Of a stretch of 64,000 nt of DNA, positions 33,323 through 46,390 are shown one piece after another (the stretch's first letter is position 1; each line of letters opens with the position of its first letter). The position numbers and the translations under genes were made by a program. Below the pieces are notes generated by a model that saw only the letters and a program-made list of their open reading frames with translations, had not been told where the DNA came from and did no database searches. Origin of the DNA: an uncultured delta proteobacterium (GTDB lineage Bacteria > Myxococcota_A > UBA9160 > SMWR01); the NCBI GenBank assembly GCA_963832165.1, contig CAWHTE010000002.1:1-64000 (forward strand), in the 5' to 3' direction.

Positions 33323-34733
33323 GCCGGCAGGCAGACCCGGGCCGCCGGGCCGCGCTGCCGCCGCCCGAGCGGGTGGCCCGCGGCCTGCGCGCCCGCCTCA
33401 ACCTGACCGCCGTCCTCGCCGTGCTGCTGCCCGCCCTGACGGTCGGGGCGCTCGTCCGCTCGTGCGACGCCGCCACCGTCGACGAGACCTCGCACCCGCC
33501 GCGCGAGACGGGCCTCAACCTCTCGATCCTGACCTGCCCGAGCAGCCTCGACGACCGAGGCGAGGTCGTCGGTGGCGAGCGCGACCGGCCTCGCCGGCGC
33601 AGGTGGAGGCCATCGAGTCGGGCGGTGCGACGACATCCGTCGGACGTCCCCGCTGACCGGCCCGCCACTGCCGATGCCGGCGCCCGCGCGGTGACCGTCC
33701 GCGGCGTCGACGCGATGGCGCCCGGACTGCTGGCGTCCCGGCAGGACGAGGGCCCGGCGGCCGTGTCGTGCCGCGCACCCGCGTCCGACCAGTGGTTCAC
33801 CGGTCTCGGCGCCGCCGCCCGCCACTCGTCGGTCCTCGAGCTGGTCAACCCAGACCCCGGACCGGCGGTCGCCGACATCACCGTCATCGGCCCACGCGGA
33901 CCCGTCGACGCGCCGTCGCTGCGCGGGATCACCGTGCCCGGCGGCCGCAGCCTGCGGCTCGACCTGGCCCGCGAGATCCCGCTGCGCGGCGAGCTGAGCG
34001 CCCACGTCGTGGTCTCCCGCGGCCGGCTCGGCGTCTACGCCGCCGACACGTTCGACGAGCTGGGCCGTGGCGACGCCGGCACCGACTGGCTCGCCGCTCA
34101 GCAGCCGGCCCACGGACCTGACGCTGCTCGGGCTGCCGACCGGCAGCGGCACCCGCGCCCTCGTCGTGGCGCAACGACGGCATCGACGAGGCCCGGGTCG
34201 TGATCCGCGTGGTGACCAAGGACTCCGCGTTCCGGCCCGAGGGCCTCGACGACGTGCGCGTGCTGCCCGGCTCGGTGACCAGGGTCCCGCTGAGCGCGAT
34301 CCTGGGACCCGCGGTGAAGGACGGCGCCGTGGGCGTCCAGGTCGAGTCGACGCACCCCGTGACGGCCTCGCTGCGCTCCTTCGTCGAGGGCGATGTGTCG
34401 CTCTCGGTGCCGTCGTCCGCTGTCACCGAGGCGACCCAGGCAGTGCTGCCCGAGGGCCGGGCGACGGTCCTGCTGTCCTCCGACACCGTGAGCTCGGCCG
34501 AGGTGCTGGCCCGCCTGGCCGGCGGCAACAAGGACGTGCAGGAGGTCGACCTCGTCCCCGGTCGCACGGTCGCGGTCCGCCTCCCCGAGGGCGCCACTCT
34601 CGTCCAGGTGACACCCGTCGGCGGCGCGCTGCGCGGCACCGTCGTCAGCCGGGAGGGGGGCGCCACCGTGCTGGGGCTCCACGAGCTGGTGCGCACCGGG
34701 CTGGTGCCCGACGTACGTCCCGCCCTGCCGTGA
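33319..34733 (+). CDS. DUF5719-like secreted/membrane protein (frameshifted)
   Basis: C..P..DQWF.G, LELVNPD...AVADI; conserved position after GT2. Confidence 0.75.
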
Positions 34734-35278
34734 GCCCCACGAGCGCGCCGTCCCCGGCGGTCCTCGACGCCTTCCGGATCACGGCCGAGCCCCGGCCCCT
34801 GGTCGCACCGACGTGGATCGCCGGCGATGTGGTGCTGAAGCCGGAGACCGACCCGGGCCTCCCGGCCTGGCTCGGCGAGGAGGCGTCGCGGGTGCGGCGC
34901 GCGGGATACCGCCTGGCCGATCCGGTACCCGCTCGCGACGGTTCATGGGTCGTCGAAGGGTGGGGTGCCACGAGCTGGGTGGCCGGTACCTCCGTGCCGG
35001 AGTCCGGCCCGACCGACGAGAAGTGGGCGCTGGCCCTGGAGGGCGGTCGGGCCTTCCATCGGTCCCTCGTGCGACTCGACCGACCCGACTTCGCGGACGG
35101 CCGGACGCCGGACCTCCTCGACGTCCTCCAGGTGTCCGTCCCGGCGGTCGCGCGCGCCATGCTCTTCCGGCTCTGGACCACCCACGAGCGAGTGACGGCC
35201 GGCGTGGGCCTCGACGACCTCGAGGACGAGGCACGCGCCTACTCGGCCACTGCGTCCGCGCTCGGGCTGGGCCAGTAG
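34730..35278 (+). CDS. TIGR02569/APH-like protein, apparently shortened
   Basis: P..AVLDAF, VVLKP, RLADPVPARDG.WVV.GW.A; no HGD catalytic motif. Confidence 0.55.
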   Translation: MSPTSAPSPAVLDAFRITAEPRPLVAPTWIAGDVVLKPETDPGLPAWLGEEASRVRRAGYRLADPVPARDGSWVVEGWGATSWVAGTSVPESGPTDEKWALALEGGRAFHRSLVRLDRPDFADGRTPDLLDVLQVSVPAVARAMLFRLWTTHERVTAGVGLDDLEDEARAYSATASALGLGQ

Positions 35279-35345
35279 TCGGTGCAAGCGCGCCCGGCAG
35301 CGGGGCGACCTTGCTGGCGCTGGCCTTCTGCCGGCCGCCACGAAG

Positions 35346-35807
35346 TCAGTCTCCCGCGTCGTACCTCGGGTCGACGTCCGCCGGCTCGATGCCCAGCAGC
35401 TCGGCCACCTGCTCGACCAGCACGGTCAGGACCAGCGCGTCCAGGTCCGCCCGGGTCTCACAGCGGTGCTCGATGGGCCGGCGGAAGAGCACCAGCCGCG
35501 TCGGCTTGCCACCGCTGCCGCGGATCAGTGACGAGAGCGGCACCGTCGCGGACGCCCAGTCGTCCGGGATCTGCGGCGCGTCCTCGACGCCGTACTCGAC
35601 GAGCCCGAGGCGGTCGGCCCAGCGACGTTCGATGTCGGCGACGATGTCGAGGACGAGGTCGTCGAACCGCTCCCGCGGCGTCGGCAGCACCGGCTCGCCC
35701 GGGCGCTCCGGCAGGATCGCCGGGCCGCGCATGCCCCGGCCGCGCCGGTCGCGGGAGGAGCGGCGACCCGCGCGCTCGGGACCTGCCCCCACCTCGACTC
35801 CGCTCAC
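35346..35807 (-). CDS. Zincin-like metallopeptidase family protein
   Basis: RDRRGRGMRG, VEDAP, LFRRPIE, EQVAELLG..P..VDP.Y. Confidence 0.85.
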   Translation of the reverse strand: MSGVEVGAGPERAGRRSSRDRRGRGMRGPAILPERPGEPVLPTPRERFDDLVLDIVADIERRWADRLGLVEYGVEDAPQIPDDWASATVPLSSLIRGSGGKPTRLVLFRRPIEHRCETRADLDALVLTVLVEQVAELLGIEPADVDPRYDAGD

Positions 35808-35857
35808 GGCAGCGAGCCTAAGCCTCGGCCCCGGTGACGGCAGGTACGGTCGGCGAC

Positions 35858-36217
35858 GTGAGTCTGACCCGACGCTGCTCCCGCACCGCGTGCGGTCGGC
35901 CGGCGGTCAGCACCCTGACCTACGTGTACGCCGACTCGACCGCGGTCCTGGGCCCGCTCGCGACCTACGCGGAGCCGCACGCCTACGACCTGTGCGAGGC
36001 CCACTCCGAGCGGCTCAGCGCGCCCCGCGGCTGGGACGTCCTCCGGCTCGCACCCGACCCGCGGGCGGCCGGACCCACCACCGACGACCTGCTCGCCCTG
36101 GCGGACGCCGTCCGCGAGGCGGCGCGACCCGTCCCGGTCACCGTCTCGGCCCCGGCCGCGGAGACGGGACGCGAGGTGGCCCGCAAGGGACACCTCCGGA
36201 TGCTCACCACCGACTGA
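35858..36217 (+). CDS. DUF3499 protein
   Basis: RCSRTAC..TLTYVYADSTAVLGPL..EPHAYDLC..H; DDLLALADAVREA. Confidence 0.92.
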   Translation: MSLTRRCSRTACGRPAVSTLTYVYADSTAVLGPLATYAEPHAYDLCEAHSERLSAPRGWDVLRLAPDPRAAGPTTDDLLALADAVREAARPVPVTVSAPAAETGREVARKGHLRMLTTD

Positions 36218-36252
36218 CCAGGGCCCGAGTGCCCTGGCCTAGAGTCCCTGCC

Positions 36253-37623
36253 GTGACCAGCCTGGATCCCGCGACCGTCCGCGCGATCTTCAAGGCGTAC
36301 GACGTCCGCGGCACCGTGCCGGACCAGGTCGACGAGGAGCTCGCGCGCCGCACCGGCGCCGCCTTCGTCCAGGTGCTCGGGGCCGAGACCATCGTCATCG
36401 GCCACGACATGCGGGCCAGCTCGCCCGGCCTCGCCGACGCGTTCGCCCTGGGCGCCGCGCACGCCGGCGCCGACGTGGTCCACATCGGGCTGGCCTCGAC
36501 CGACGGGCTCTACTTCGCCTCCGGCCACCTCGGCCACCCGGGCGCGATGTTCACCGCCAGCCACAACCCGGCCGAGTACAACGGGATCAAGCTGTGCCGG
36601 GCCGGGGCCCAGCCGGTCGGCATGGAGTCCGGCCTCGCCGAGATCCGGGACGCCGTCCTGGCGGGCGACCCGCCGAGCTCGGACCGCCAGGGCACCATCA
36701 CCCGCGTCGACCTGCTGGCGGCGTACGTCGACCACCTGCTCGGCCTCGCGCCGGTCACCGGCCGGCACCTCAAGGTGGTGGTCGACGCCGGCAACGGCAT
36801 GGCCGGGTACACCGCCCCCGCCGTGTTCGACGCCCTCGGCGCCGACCAGGCCGAGGTCGTCCCCATGTACTTCGAGCTCGACGGCTCGTTCCCGAACCAC
36901 GAGGCCAACCCCATCGAGCCCGAGAACCTCCGCGACCTCCAGGCCCGGGTGGTGGCGGAGGGTGCGGACATCGGGCTCGCCTTCGACGGCGACGCCGACC
37001 GCTGCTTCGTCGTGGACGAGCAAGGGCGCGCGGTCTCGCCGTCCACGCTGACCGCGCTGATCGCCGCCCGCGAGCTGCGCCGCGTCCCGGGCGCCAACGT
37101 GATCCACAACCTGATCACCAGCCGAGCGGTCCCGGAGATCGTCACCGAGCTCGGCGGCACGCCCGTGCGCACGCGCGTCGGCCACTCGTACATCAAGGCG
37201 ACGATGGCCGAGACCGACGCGGTCTTCGGCGGCGAGCACAGCGGGCACTTCTACTTCCGCGACTTCTGGCGCGCGGACTCGGGCATGCTCGCCGCGCTGC
37301 ACACCCTGTCCGCGCTCGCCGGCACCGACCGTCCCCTGTCCGAGGTCGCCGCGGAGTACGAGCGGTACGTCGTCAGCGGCGAGATCAACTCCACCGTCGA
37401 CGACCAGGCCGCGATCGTCGCGGAGATCGAGACGGCGTACGTCGGCAACGGGGCCGACGTCGACCACCTCGACGGACTGACCGTGACCACGGGAGACTGG
37501 TGGTTCAACGTGCGCCCGTCGAACACCGAGCCGCTGCTGCGGCTCAACGTCGAGGGCAAGGACACCGCCACCATGGAACGGGTCCGCGACGAGGTCCTCG
37601 CCCGCATCAGGAGGGACACATGA
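36253..37623 (+). CDS. manB: Phosphomannomutase/phosphoglucomutase
   Basis: FKAYDVRG, TASHNP, FDGDADR, GGEHSGH, RPSNTEP. Confidence 0.95.
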   Translation: MTSLDPATVRAIFKAYDVRGTVPDQVDEELARRTGAAFVQVLGAETIVIGHDMRASSPGLADAFALGAAHAGADVVHIGLASTDGLYFASGHLGHPGAMFTASHNPAEYNGIKLCRAGAQPVGMESGLAEIRDAVLAGDPPSSDRQGTITRVDLLAAYVDHLLGLAPVTGRHLKVVVDAGNGMAGYTAPAVFDALGADQAEVVPMYFELDGSFPNHEANPIEPENLRDLQARVVAEGADIGLAFDGDADRCFVVDEQGRAVSPSTLTALIAARELRRVPGANVIHNLITSRAVPEIVTELGGTPVRTRVGHSYIKATMAETDAVFGGEHSGHFYFRDFWRADSGMLAALHTLSALAGTDRPLSEVAAEYERYVVSGEINSTVDDQAAIVAEIETAYVGNGADVDHLDGLTVTTGDWWFNVRPSNTEPLLRLNVEGKDTATMERVRDEVLARIRRDT

Positions 37624-37785
37624 ACATCGACCCGGCCCTGCGTCGAGCTGATCGTCTGCCCGAGCTGCCACGCCTCCCTCGACGAGGTGGGCGAGGAGCT
37701 GGTGTGCACCGGGTGCGGGCTGGCCTACCCCGTCCGCGACGACATCCCCGTCCTGCTCGTCGACGAGGCCCGCAAGCCGGACTGA
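37620..37785 (+). CDS. Trm112-family protein (one indel)
   Basis: LIVCPSCH...C..CGLAYPVRDDIPVLLVDEARKP. Confidence 0.88.
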
Positions 37786-37806
37786 CGACGCCCCGAGTGA
37801 TCTGAC

Positions 37807-38848
37807 ATGCCGCCGCCCACCTGGTTCGACGAGTCGAGGCTCGACGACGACTCCGCGCTGACCATGGCCGACTCGTCGCTGCGCCAGCTGGCGGAGTCCG
37901 GTGCCCGGGTCCGGCGCGAGGCCGTCGAGGCCGAGTCCGCACTGGCCGAGGCCGTCGCCATCGCCCGCGAGCAGGCGCCGGCCCCGCGCGGTGGTGGCCG
38001 CCGGTCCGGACTCCCGGCTGCTGCGGGCGGCCCTGGAGCCGTGGTGCCCGGTGCCCTTCGTCGCCTGGCCGAACCCGGGCCTGCCGGGGTGGGCCGGCGG
38101 TCTCGACCTCGTCGTCGTGCTCGCCCCCGACGGGGGAGACGTCGGTACGGCGTCCGCCGTCGCGGAGGCCGTCCGTCGCGGCTGCCAGGTCGTCGTCGCG
38201 GCGCCCGCCCCAGTCGCTCGTCGGCGCAGCACGCGGCCGGCCGCTGGAGCTCGATCCTGCCCACCACCGCCCGCGACCAGCTCGCCACCGCCGTGCTCGT
38301 GCTGGAGTACCTCGACCGCGTCGACCTCGGGCCGCCGGCCGACCACGAACAGGTCGCCGAGGCCCTCGACCGGGTGGCCATGTCGTGCTCCCCGCACCGC
38401 GACATCGCGGTCAACCCGGCGAAGATCCTGGCGATCGCCCTGGCCGACGCCAACCCGGTGGTCTGGGGCGGCTCGGTGCTGGCCGCCCGCGCGGCGCGGC
38501 GGGTGGCCGAGTCGATCCGCCGGGCCAGCGGCCGGACGGCCATCGCCGGCGACGCCGAGCACCTGCTGCCGGTCATCGAGCGGGTGGCCCCGCGCAACGT
38601 GTTCGACGACCCGTTCGCCGACGAGCCCGGCGACCTCCGGCCCGTCCTCGTCGTTCTCGACGACGGCGCCGACGACGTGCTGGTCCGCGAGCAGCGAGGC
38701 CGGCTGCAGGCGGCGCGCCGCCGAGCACGGCGTCCGCACCGAGACCGTCGACGCGGACGCCACGTCGGAGGTGGCGCGCTACGCCTCGCTGCTGCTGAGC
38801 GGTCGCTACGCCGCCGAGTACCTCGCGATCGGGCTCGTCAGCGACTGA
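37807..38848 (+). CDS. SIS-domain protein (TobH/PGI-PMI-like; frameshifted)
   Basis: RPRAVV, LPGWAG.LDLVVV, NPAK.LA, DPFAD. Confidence 0.8.
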
Positions 38849-38872
38849 CCGCCACCCGGTAGCCTTCGCGGC

Positions 38873-39867
38873 ATGTCGGCTGAGGGAGGCACCAAGGCGG
38901 TCGTGGCGGCACTGCTGGCCAACACCGGCATCGCGGTCACCAAGTTCATCGCGTTCTTCCTCACCGGGGTGAGCTCGATGCTGGCCGAGGCGATCCACTC
39001 GGTCGCCGACGCCGGCAACCAGGGGCTGCTGCTGCTCGGTGGCAAGCGCAGCCAGCGGGAGGCGACCGAGGAGCATCCCTTCGGCTACGGGCGCGAGCGC
39101 TACATCTACTCGTTCATCGTCGCGATCGTGCTCTTCAGCGTCGGCGGGCTGTTCGCGCTCTACGAGGCGTACCACAAGTACCACGAGATCCACGAGGCCC
39201 ACGGCCACCCGGAGGACTCCATCCTCGACAGCCGGTGGTGGTGGGTGCCGCTGGTCGTGCTCGGCATCGCGATCGTCCTGGAGTCGCTGTCGTTCCGCAC
39301 CGCCATCATCGAGACCAACAAGGTCCGCGGCGACGCGTCGATCGTACCAGTTCATCCGGCGGGCCAAGCAGCCGGAGCTGCCCGTCATCCTCCTCGAGGA
39401 CCTGGCGGCGCTGCTGGGCCTGGTCTTCGCGTTCGTCGCCGTGTCGCTCGCGCTGATCACCGAGAACCTGTACTTCGACGTCGGCCGGCACCGCGCTCAT
39501 CGGGGTGCTGCTGGTCGTGGTGGCGATCACCCTGGCCATCGAGACCAAGAGCCTCTTGCTGGGCGAGTCGGCCACGCCCGAGGCCGAGGCCCGGATCCGC
39601 GATGCCCTCGACGACCACGAGGGAGTCGACCGGGTCATCCACCTCAAGACCCTGCACCTCGGTCCCGAGGAGGTCCTCGTGGCGGCCAAGCTCGGCATCC
39701 GGCCCGGCACCACGATCGAGGAGCTGGCCGAGACCATCGACGCGACCGAGCGGGCCATCCGCGCGGCCGAGCCCACGGCGCAGGTCATCTACCTGGAGCC
39801 CGACCTCTACCGGGCCGACCACGTCCCGGACGAGCGTCCCGAGCCGCCGCCGGCCGCCGGCCACTGA
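38873..39867 (+). CDS. Cation diffusion facilitator transporter (frameshifted)
   Basis: SMLAEAIHSVAD.GNQ, HPFGYGRERY, EDLAAL, IYLEPD. Confidence 0.92.
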
Positions 39868-39885
39868 GGCCACCGGGCTTCGGCG

Positions 39886-40563
39886 TCAGGCGTTGAACCG
39901 GTAGCCCATCCCGCGCACGGTGCTGATGGTGCCGGCGCCGAACTTGCGCCGCAGGTACCCGACGTACACGTCCACCACGTTGGAGCCGGGGTCGAAGTCG
40001 TAGCCCCACACGTGGTCGAGCAGCTGCTCGCGGCTGAGCACCTGGCCGGCGTTCAGCATGAACACCTCCGCCAGCGCGAACTCGCGGGCCGACAGCTCGA
40101 CGTCGCGGCCGGCCGCGGTGGCCCGCCGCGTGCGGAGGTCGAGACGGACCCCACCCACGAGGAGGACGTCCTCGCGCGGGGGACCGGCGGCGGCCGCGGC
40201 GTCGGCCTGACGCAGCCGCACCCGCACCCGGGCGAGCAGCTCGGCGAACCGGAACGGCTTCGGCATGTAGTCGTCGGCGCCGCCCTCGAGCGCCGACACG
40301 GTGTCGGTCACCGAGTCGCGGGCCGTCAGCACGATCACCGGCAGCCGGCTGCCCTGTGCCCGCAGCGCCTCCAGCACCTCGAACCCGTCGAGCCCGGGCA
40401 GGCCGATGTCCAGCACGAGCAGGTCGAACTGCCCGGACAGCGCCTCGTCGAGGCCCTGCCGCCCGTCGCCGACGACCGTCGGCTGGTGGCCCTCGGCGCG
40501 CAGGCCCTTGGCCACGAACGACGCGATGCGCTCCTCGTCCTCGAGGATCAGGATGCGGGCCAT
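39886..40563 (-). CDS. OmpR-family response regulator
   Basis: ILILEDE, LDIGLP, GADDY..KPF, LSAREF, SNVVDVYVGYLRRK, TVRGMGY. Confidence 0.95.
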   Translation of the reverse strand: MARILILEDEERIASFVAKGLRAEGHQPTVVGDGRQGLDEALSGQFDLLVLDIGLPGLDGFEVLEALRAQGSRLPVIVLTARDSVTDTVSALEGGADDYMPKPFRFAELLARVRVRLRQADAAAAAGPPREDVLLVGGVRLDLRTRRATAAGRDVELSAREFALAEVFMLNAGQVLSREQLLDHVWGYDFDPGSNVVDVYVGYLRRKFGAGTISTVRGMGYRFNA

Positions 40564-42014
40564 CGGTCCTCCCTGCCGGGCGGGTAGGCGCAGCTCGAAG
40601 CGCGCCCCGTGGGGGACGGCGTCCCGGACGCCGACCGTGCCGCCGTGGGCCTCGGCGATCGCCCGGACGATCGAGAGCCCGAGCCCGAAGCCCTCGTCGC
40701 CGGGCGCGACCTCGGCGCGGCCGAACCTCTCGAAGATCCGTTCGCGGTCGGCGGCGGGTACGCCGCGTCCGGAGTCCTCGACCCACAGCAGCACCGAATG
40801 CTGGTCGCGCGCCGACCCCAGCGCGATCCGGTCACCCGGCCGCGTGTGCTTGACGGCGTTGTCGGCCAGCGCCAGCACGGCCTGGGTGACGCGCTGCTCG
40901 TCGACCAGCACCGTCCCGCTGCCCTCGGCAGCGAGCACCCAGTCCCGGTCGCCGAGAGCCCGGGCCTTGGCCACCAGCGACACCGTCAGCTCGGTCGAGG
41001 TCCGTCGGACGCAGCTGCACGAAGTCGGGTCGGCGGCTCTTGGCGAGCAGGATCAGGTCGCCGACGAGCCGGCTCATCCGGTCCACCTCGTCCAGCAGCA
41101 CGGCGCGGGTGCGGTCCACCTCGTCGGGGTCGTCGGAGTCGAGCAGCTCGAGGTGGCCGCGCAGCACCGTCAACGGCGTCCGCAGCTCGTGCCCGGCGTC
41201 GTCGAGGAACCGCCGCTGCGACTCCACGCCGTCCTCGAGCCGGTCGAGCATGTCGTTGAACGTCCGGGTCAGCGCCGTGATGTCGTCGTTCCCGGTCTCC
41301 GGGATCCGCTGCGAGAGGTCGCTGGTCGTGATGTCGCTCGCGATCTCGCGCACCGACCGCAGCGGGGCCAGCAGCCGTCCCGACTGCAGGGCGGCGAGCA
41401 GCGTGATGAGCGCCGAGCGAGAGCACCGCGACGACCGCGTAGGTCCGCAGCGTGCTCTCGAGCTCGGAGTGCTCGTCGTCGAGGAAGTTGATGATCACCA
41501 GCGCGCCGTCGGTGGTCTCGCTCCGCACGGGCACGGCGGTGACCCAGACCTCGCCGTACGTCGCGTCGTCGATCTTGCGGGTGCCGCCGTCGGCGAGCAG
41601 CGACCCGACCGCGGCCAGGTACTGCGGGTCCTCGAGGAAGCTCTCGCCGTACCGGTTGGGCGTGCGGCTGCGCGGCCGGTCCCCTTCGTAGCCGACGAGC
41701 ATCTCGTCGTCGTCCGGGACGTTGCGTTCGAGGAAGACCGTCACCAGGCGCAGCGCGTCGGCGAAGCGGGCCCCGGTCTCGGGGTCGACGCCCTCGCGCT
41801 CGAACACGCGGAACTCGTCGATCTCCTGGTCGATCTGCTCGGTGACGCCGGCGTCGATGCGCGCCGACTCGAGCGTCCAGACGAGCACGCCGGCTCCCGT
41901 CATCGCGAGCAGGGTGAGCAGCGCGATGACGACGGTGAGCCGGGTCCGGACGGAGACCTGGGCGAGGCGCCGCACGCGCGCACGGTCAGTCGTCCCCGCC
42001 GCTGGTGTCGTCAT
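40548..42014 (-). CDS. HAMP sensor histidine kinase (frameshifted)
   Basis: Two TMs, HELRTPLT, NAVKH, D.G.G, G.GLGL. Confidence 0.92.
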
Positions 42015-42293
42015 CGGTCCGATCGTCGCCCTCCGGTCCCGGCCCGTCGTCGTCGTCCGCCGTCATCCTCGCCCACCCGGGTCGGGGTGGGGTTGACGAC
42101 GCGGACGTCCCCGTTCGTCCTGCTCGTCGTCCCGCTCGTCGCGCGGCGAGGGCTGCTGCGTCGGGGAGCCGTCGAGGATCACGGGCGTCCGGGGGCCGGG
42201 GTCGGGAGGCGCCGCGGCGAGCCGGCCGCCGACGTACGCGAGCACGGGCAGCGTCACCAGGAGCACCACCGCGGCCTTCAGCCCGGACCTCAT
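42011..42293 (-). CDS. Small secreted protein with Asp-rich tail (frameshifted)
   Basis: Signal-like MRSGLKAAVVLLVTLPVLAYV; ATGA overlap with the kinase. Confidence 0.6.
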
Positions 42294-42462
42294 GGACCGA
42301 TCGTCGGGGGCTCGGGTGGGTGCCGGATGAGAGGTGGATGAGAGGACTCTCATCGACGCCGTGACGGCAGGGCCAGCGGCACGTCGAGGATTCTTTGTCC
42401 GGTGTGACCCAGGTCTAATCTGATCGGGCTTCGAACCGCCGCACTCTCGTGAGGATCACTCC

Positions 42463-43907
<1,445 letters not shown>

Positions 43908-43918
43908 GCCATGCTTCC

Positions 43919-44003
43919 CGAAGGGGAGGGATACCCGCTCGAGCGGGTATCCCTGCCCCTTCGGCGTCGTTGCAACGACGCCAAAGAGGCAGCAACGACG
44001 CCA
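43919..44003. repeat. Long palindrome (likely ahcY terminator) followed by short gcaacgacgcca repeats
   Basis: cgaaggggagggatacccgc-tcga-gcgggtatccctgccccttcg; ggcgtcgttgcaacgacgcc palindrome; gcaacgacgcca at 43972 and 43992. Confidence 0.7.
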
Positions 44004-44066
44004 CAGGTCGGTCGTCAGATGCTGCATCACCAGAGTTTCTGACGGGCACGCTGGCAAGATTGCGGC

Positions 44067-44765
<699 letters not shown>

Positions 44766-44787
44766 GCCTGCAGGGCAGCGAACGCCG

Positions 44788-46390
44788 ATGGCCGGCTCCA
44801 CCTTCCGCGCCGCCGTCCGGCGCGCCTTCACCTTCTGGCGCCGGTCGATCCAGGCGCGCGTGGTGGCCAGCACGGTGGTGCTCTCGGCCGTCGTGGTCAG
44901 CGCGGTCGGCTGGGTGCTGCTCCAGCAGACCCAGCGGGGACTGCTCGACCACCGGGTCGACGCCGTGCTGACCGAGGTGGGCACCGCGATGGCGGACGCC
45001 AACGAACAGCTCGAGGGCGCCAGCGCCACCGGCAACGACCCGGACGAGCAGAAGCGCCTGCTGGCCGACCAGTTCCAGCAGCGCGCCAGCTCGCGTGGCT
45101 TCAACTTCATCATCAGCGACGACGTCGGCGCCACGGCGAAGTTCGGCGAGGGCGCCTTCCTGACGCCGGGGCTCGAGACGGAGAGCGTGCCGGTCTCGCT
45201 GCAGGCAGCACTTCACCGAGGTCGCCGGACCCGGCGTGGACCTACACCCGGATCCGCCAGGACGACCGGCCGTCGGTGCCCGGGATCGTGGTGGGCTCGC
45301 AGTTCCAGCTGCCCGCCGACGGTGGCCTCTACACGGCGTACTTCCTGTTCCCGCTCGACGAGGAGCAGGAGACGCTCGCGCTGGTCACCCGTGCGCTGGT
45401 CACCGCGGCCGCGCTGCTGCTGCTCCTGGTCGCCGGACTCACCTGGCTGGTGACCCGACAGGTCGTCACGCCGGTGCGGATGGCGCGGCGGGTGGCCGAG
45501 CGGCTGGCGGCAGGGCAGCTGCAGGAGCGCGTGCAGGTCAAGGGGGAGGACGACCTGGCGCGGCTGGCGACGTCGTTCAACCAGATGGCCAGCAACCTGC
45601 AGCGCCAGATCCGCCAGCTCGAGGAGCTCAGCCGGGTCCAGCAGCAGTTCGTCTCCGACGTGTCCCACGAGCTGCGCACGCCGCTGACGACCGTGCGGAT
45701 GGCCGGCGACGTGCTGCACGACGCCCGTCGCTCGTTCGACCCCGCCACCTCGCGCGCGGCCGAGCTGCTGCAGAAGGAGCTCGACCGGTTCGAGACGCTC
45801 CTCGTCGACCTGCTCGAGATCAGCCGGTTCGACGCCGGCGCCGCCGTGCTCGACCTCGACGAGGTGAACCTCGTCGACGTCGCCCACCGGATCGTCGACC
45901 AGACGCGCGGCCTGGCCGACCAGCGGTTCACCCGGGTCGTGGTCGACGCGCCCGACCACGCCTGCCTGGCCGAGGCCGACGTACGACGGGTGGAGCGGAT
46001 CGTGCGCAACCTCGTCACCAACGCCATCGACCACGCCCAGAACAGTTCGGGGAGACCCGCGACGTGGTGGTCCACGTCGGCGGGGACGACCAGGCCGCCG
46101 CGATCGCGGTCCGCGACTACGGCGTCGGGCTGCGGCCCGGGGAGTCGGCCATGGTCTTCAACCGCTTCTGGCGGGCCGACCCAGCGCGGGCGCGCACCAG
46201 CGGCGGCACCGGTCTGGGACTCTCGATCGCGCTCGAGGACACCCACCTCCACGGCGGTTGGCTGCAGGCCTGGGGTCGCATCGGGGAGGGCGCCCAGTTC
46301 CGGCTGACGCTGCCGCGGCGCGCGGGCCTGCCGCTGCGGCAGAGCCCGCTGCCCCTGGTGCCGGCCGACGCCCGTGAGGTGGTCGTGTGA
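44788..46390 (+). CDS. mtrB: Sensor kinase MtrB (frameshifted)
   Basis: WRRSIQ.RVV, FVSDVSHELRTPLTTVRMA, FNRFWRADPARART.GGTGLGL. Confidence 0.95.

Noticed and set aside
39886..40983. Kinase-response regulator fusion ORF
   Set aside because: GGAGG RBS and ATG at 40563, plus an alternative-frame ending ...WPAS* at 40548, indicate two overlapping genes joined by an indel.
42300..42462. SAH riboswitch upstream of ahcY
   Set aside because: I could not find the GAGGAGCG...CCAGGCTC core; a cmsearch would settle it.
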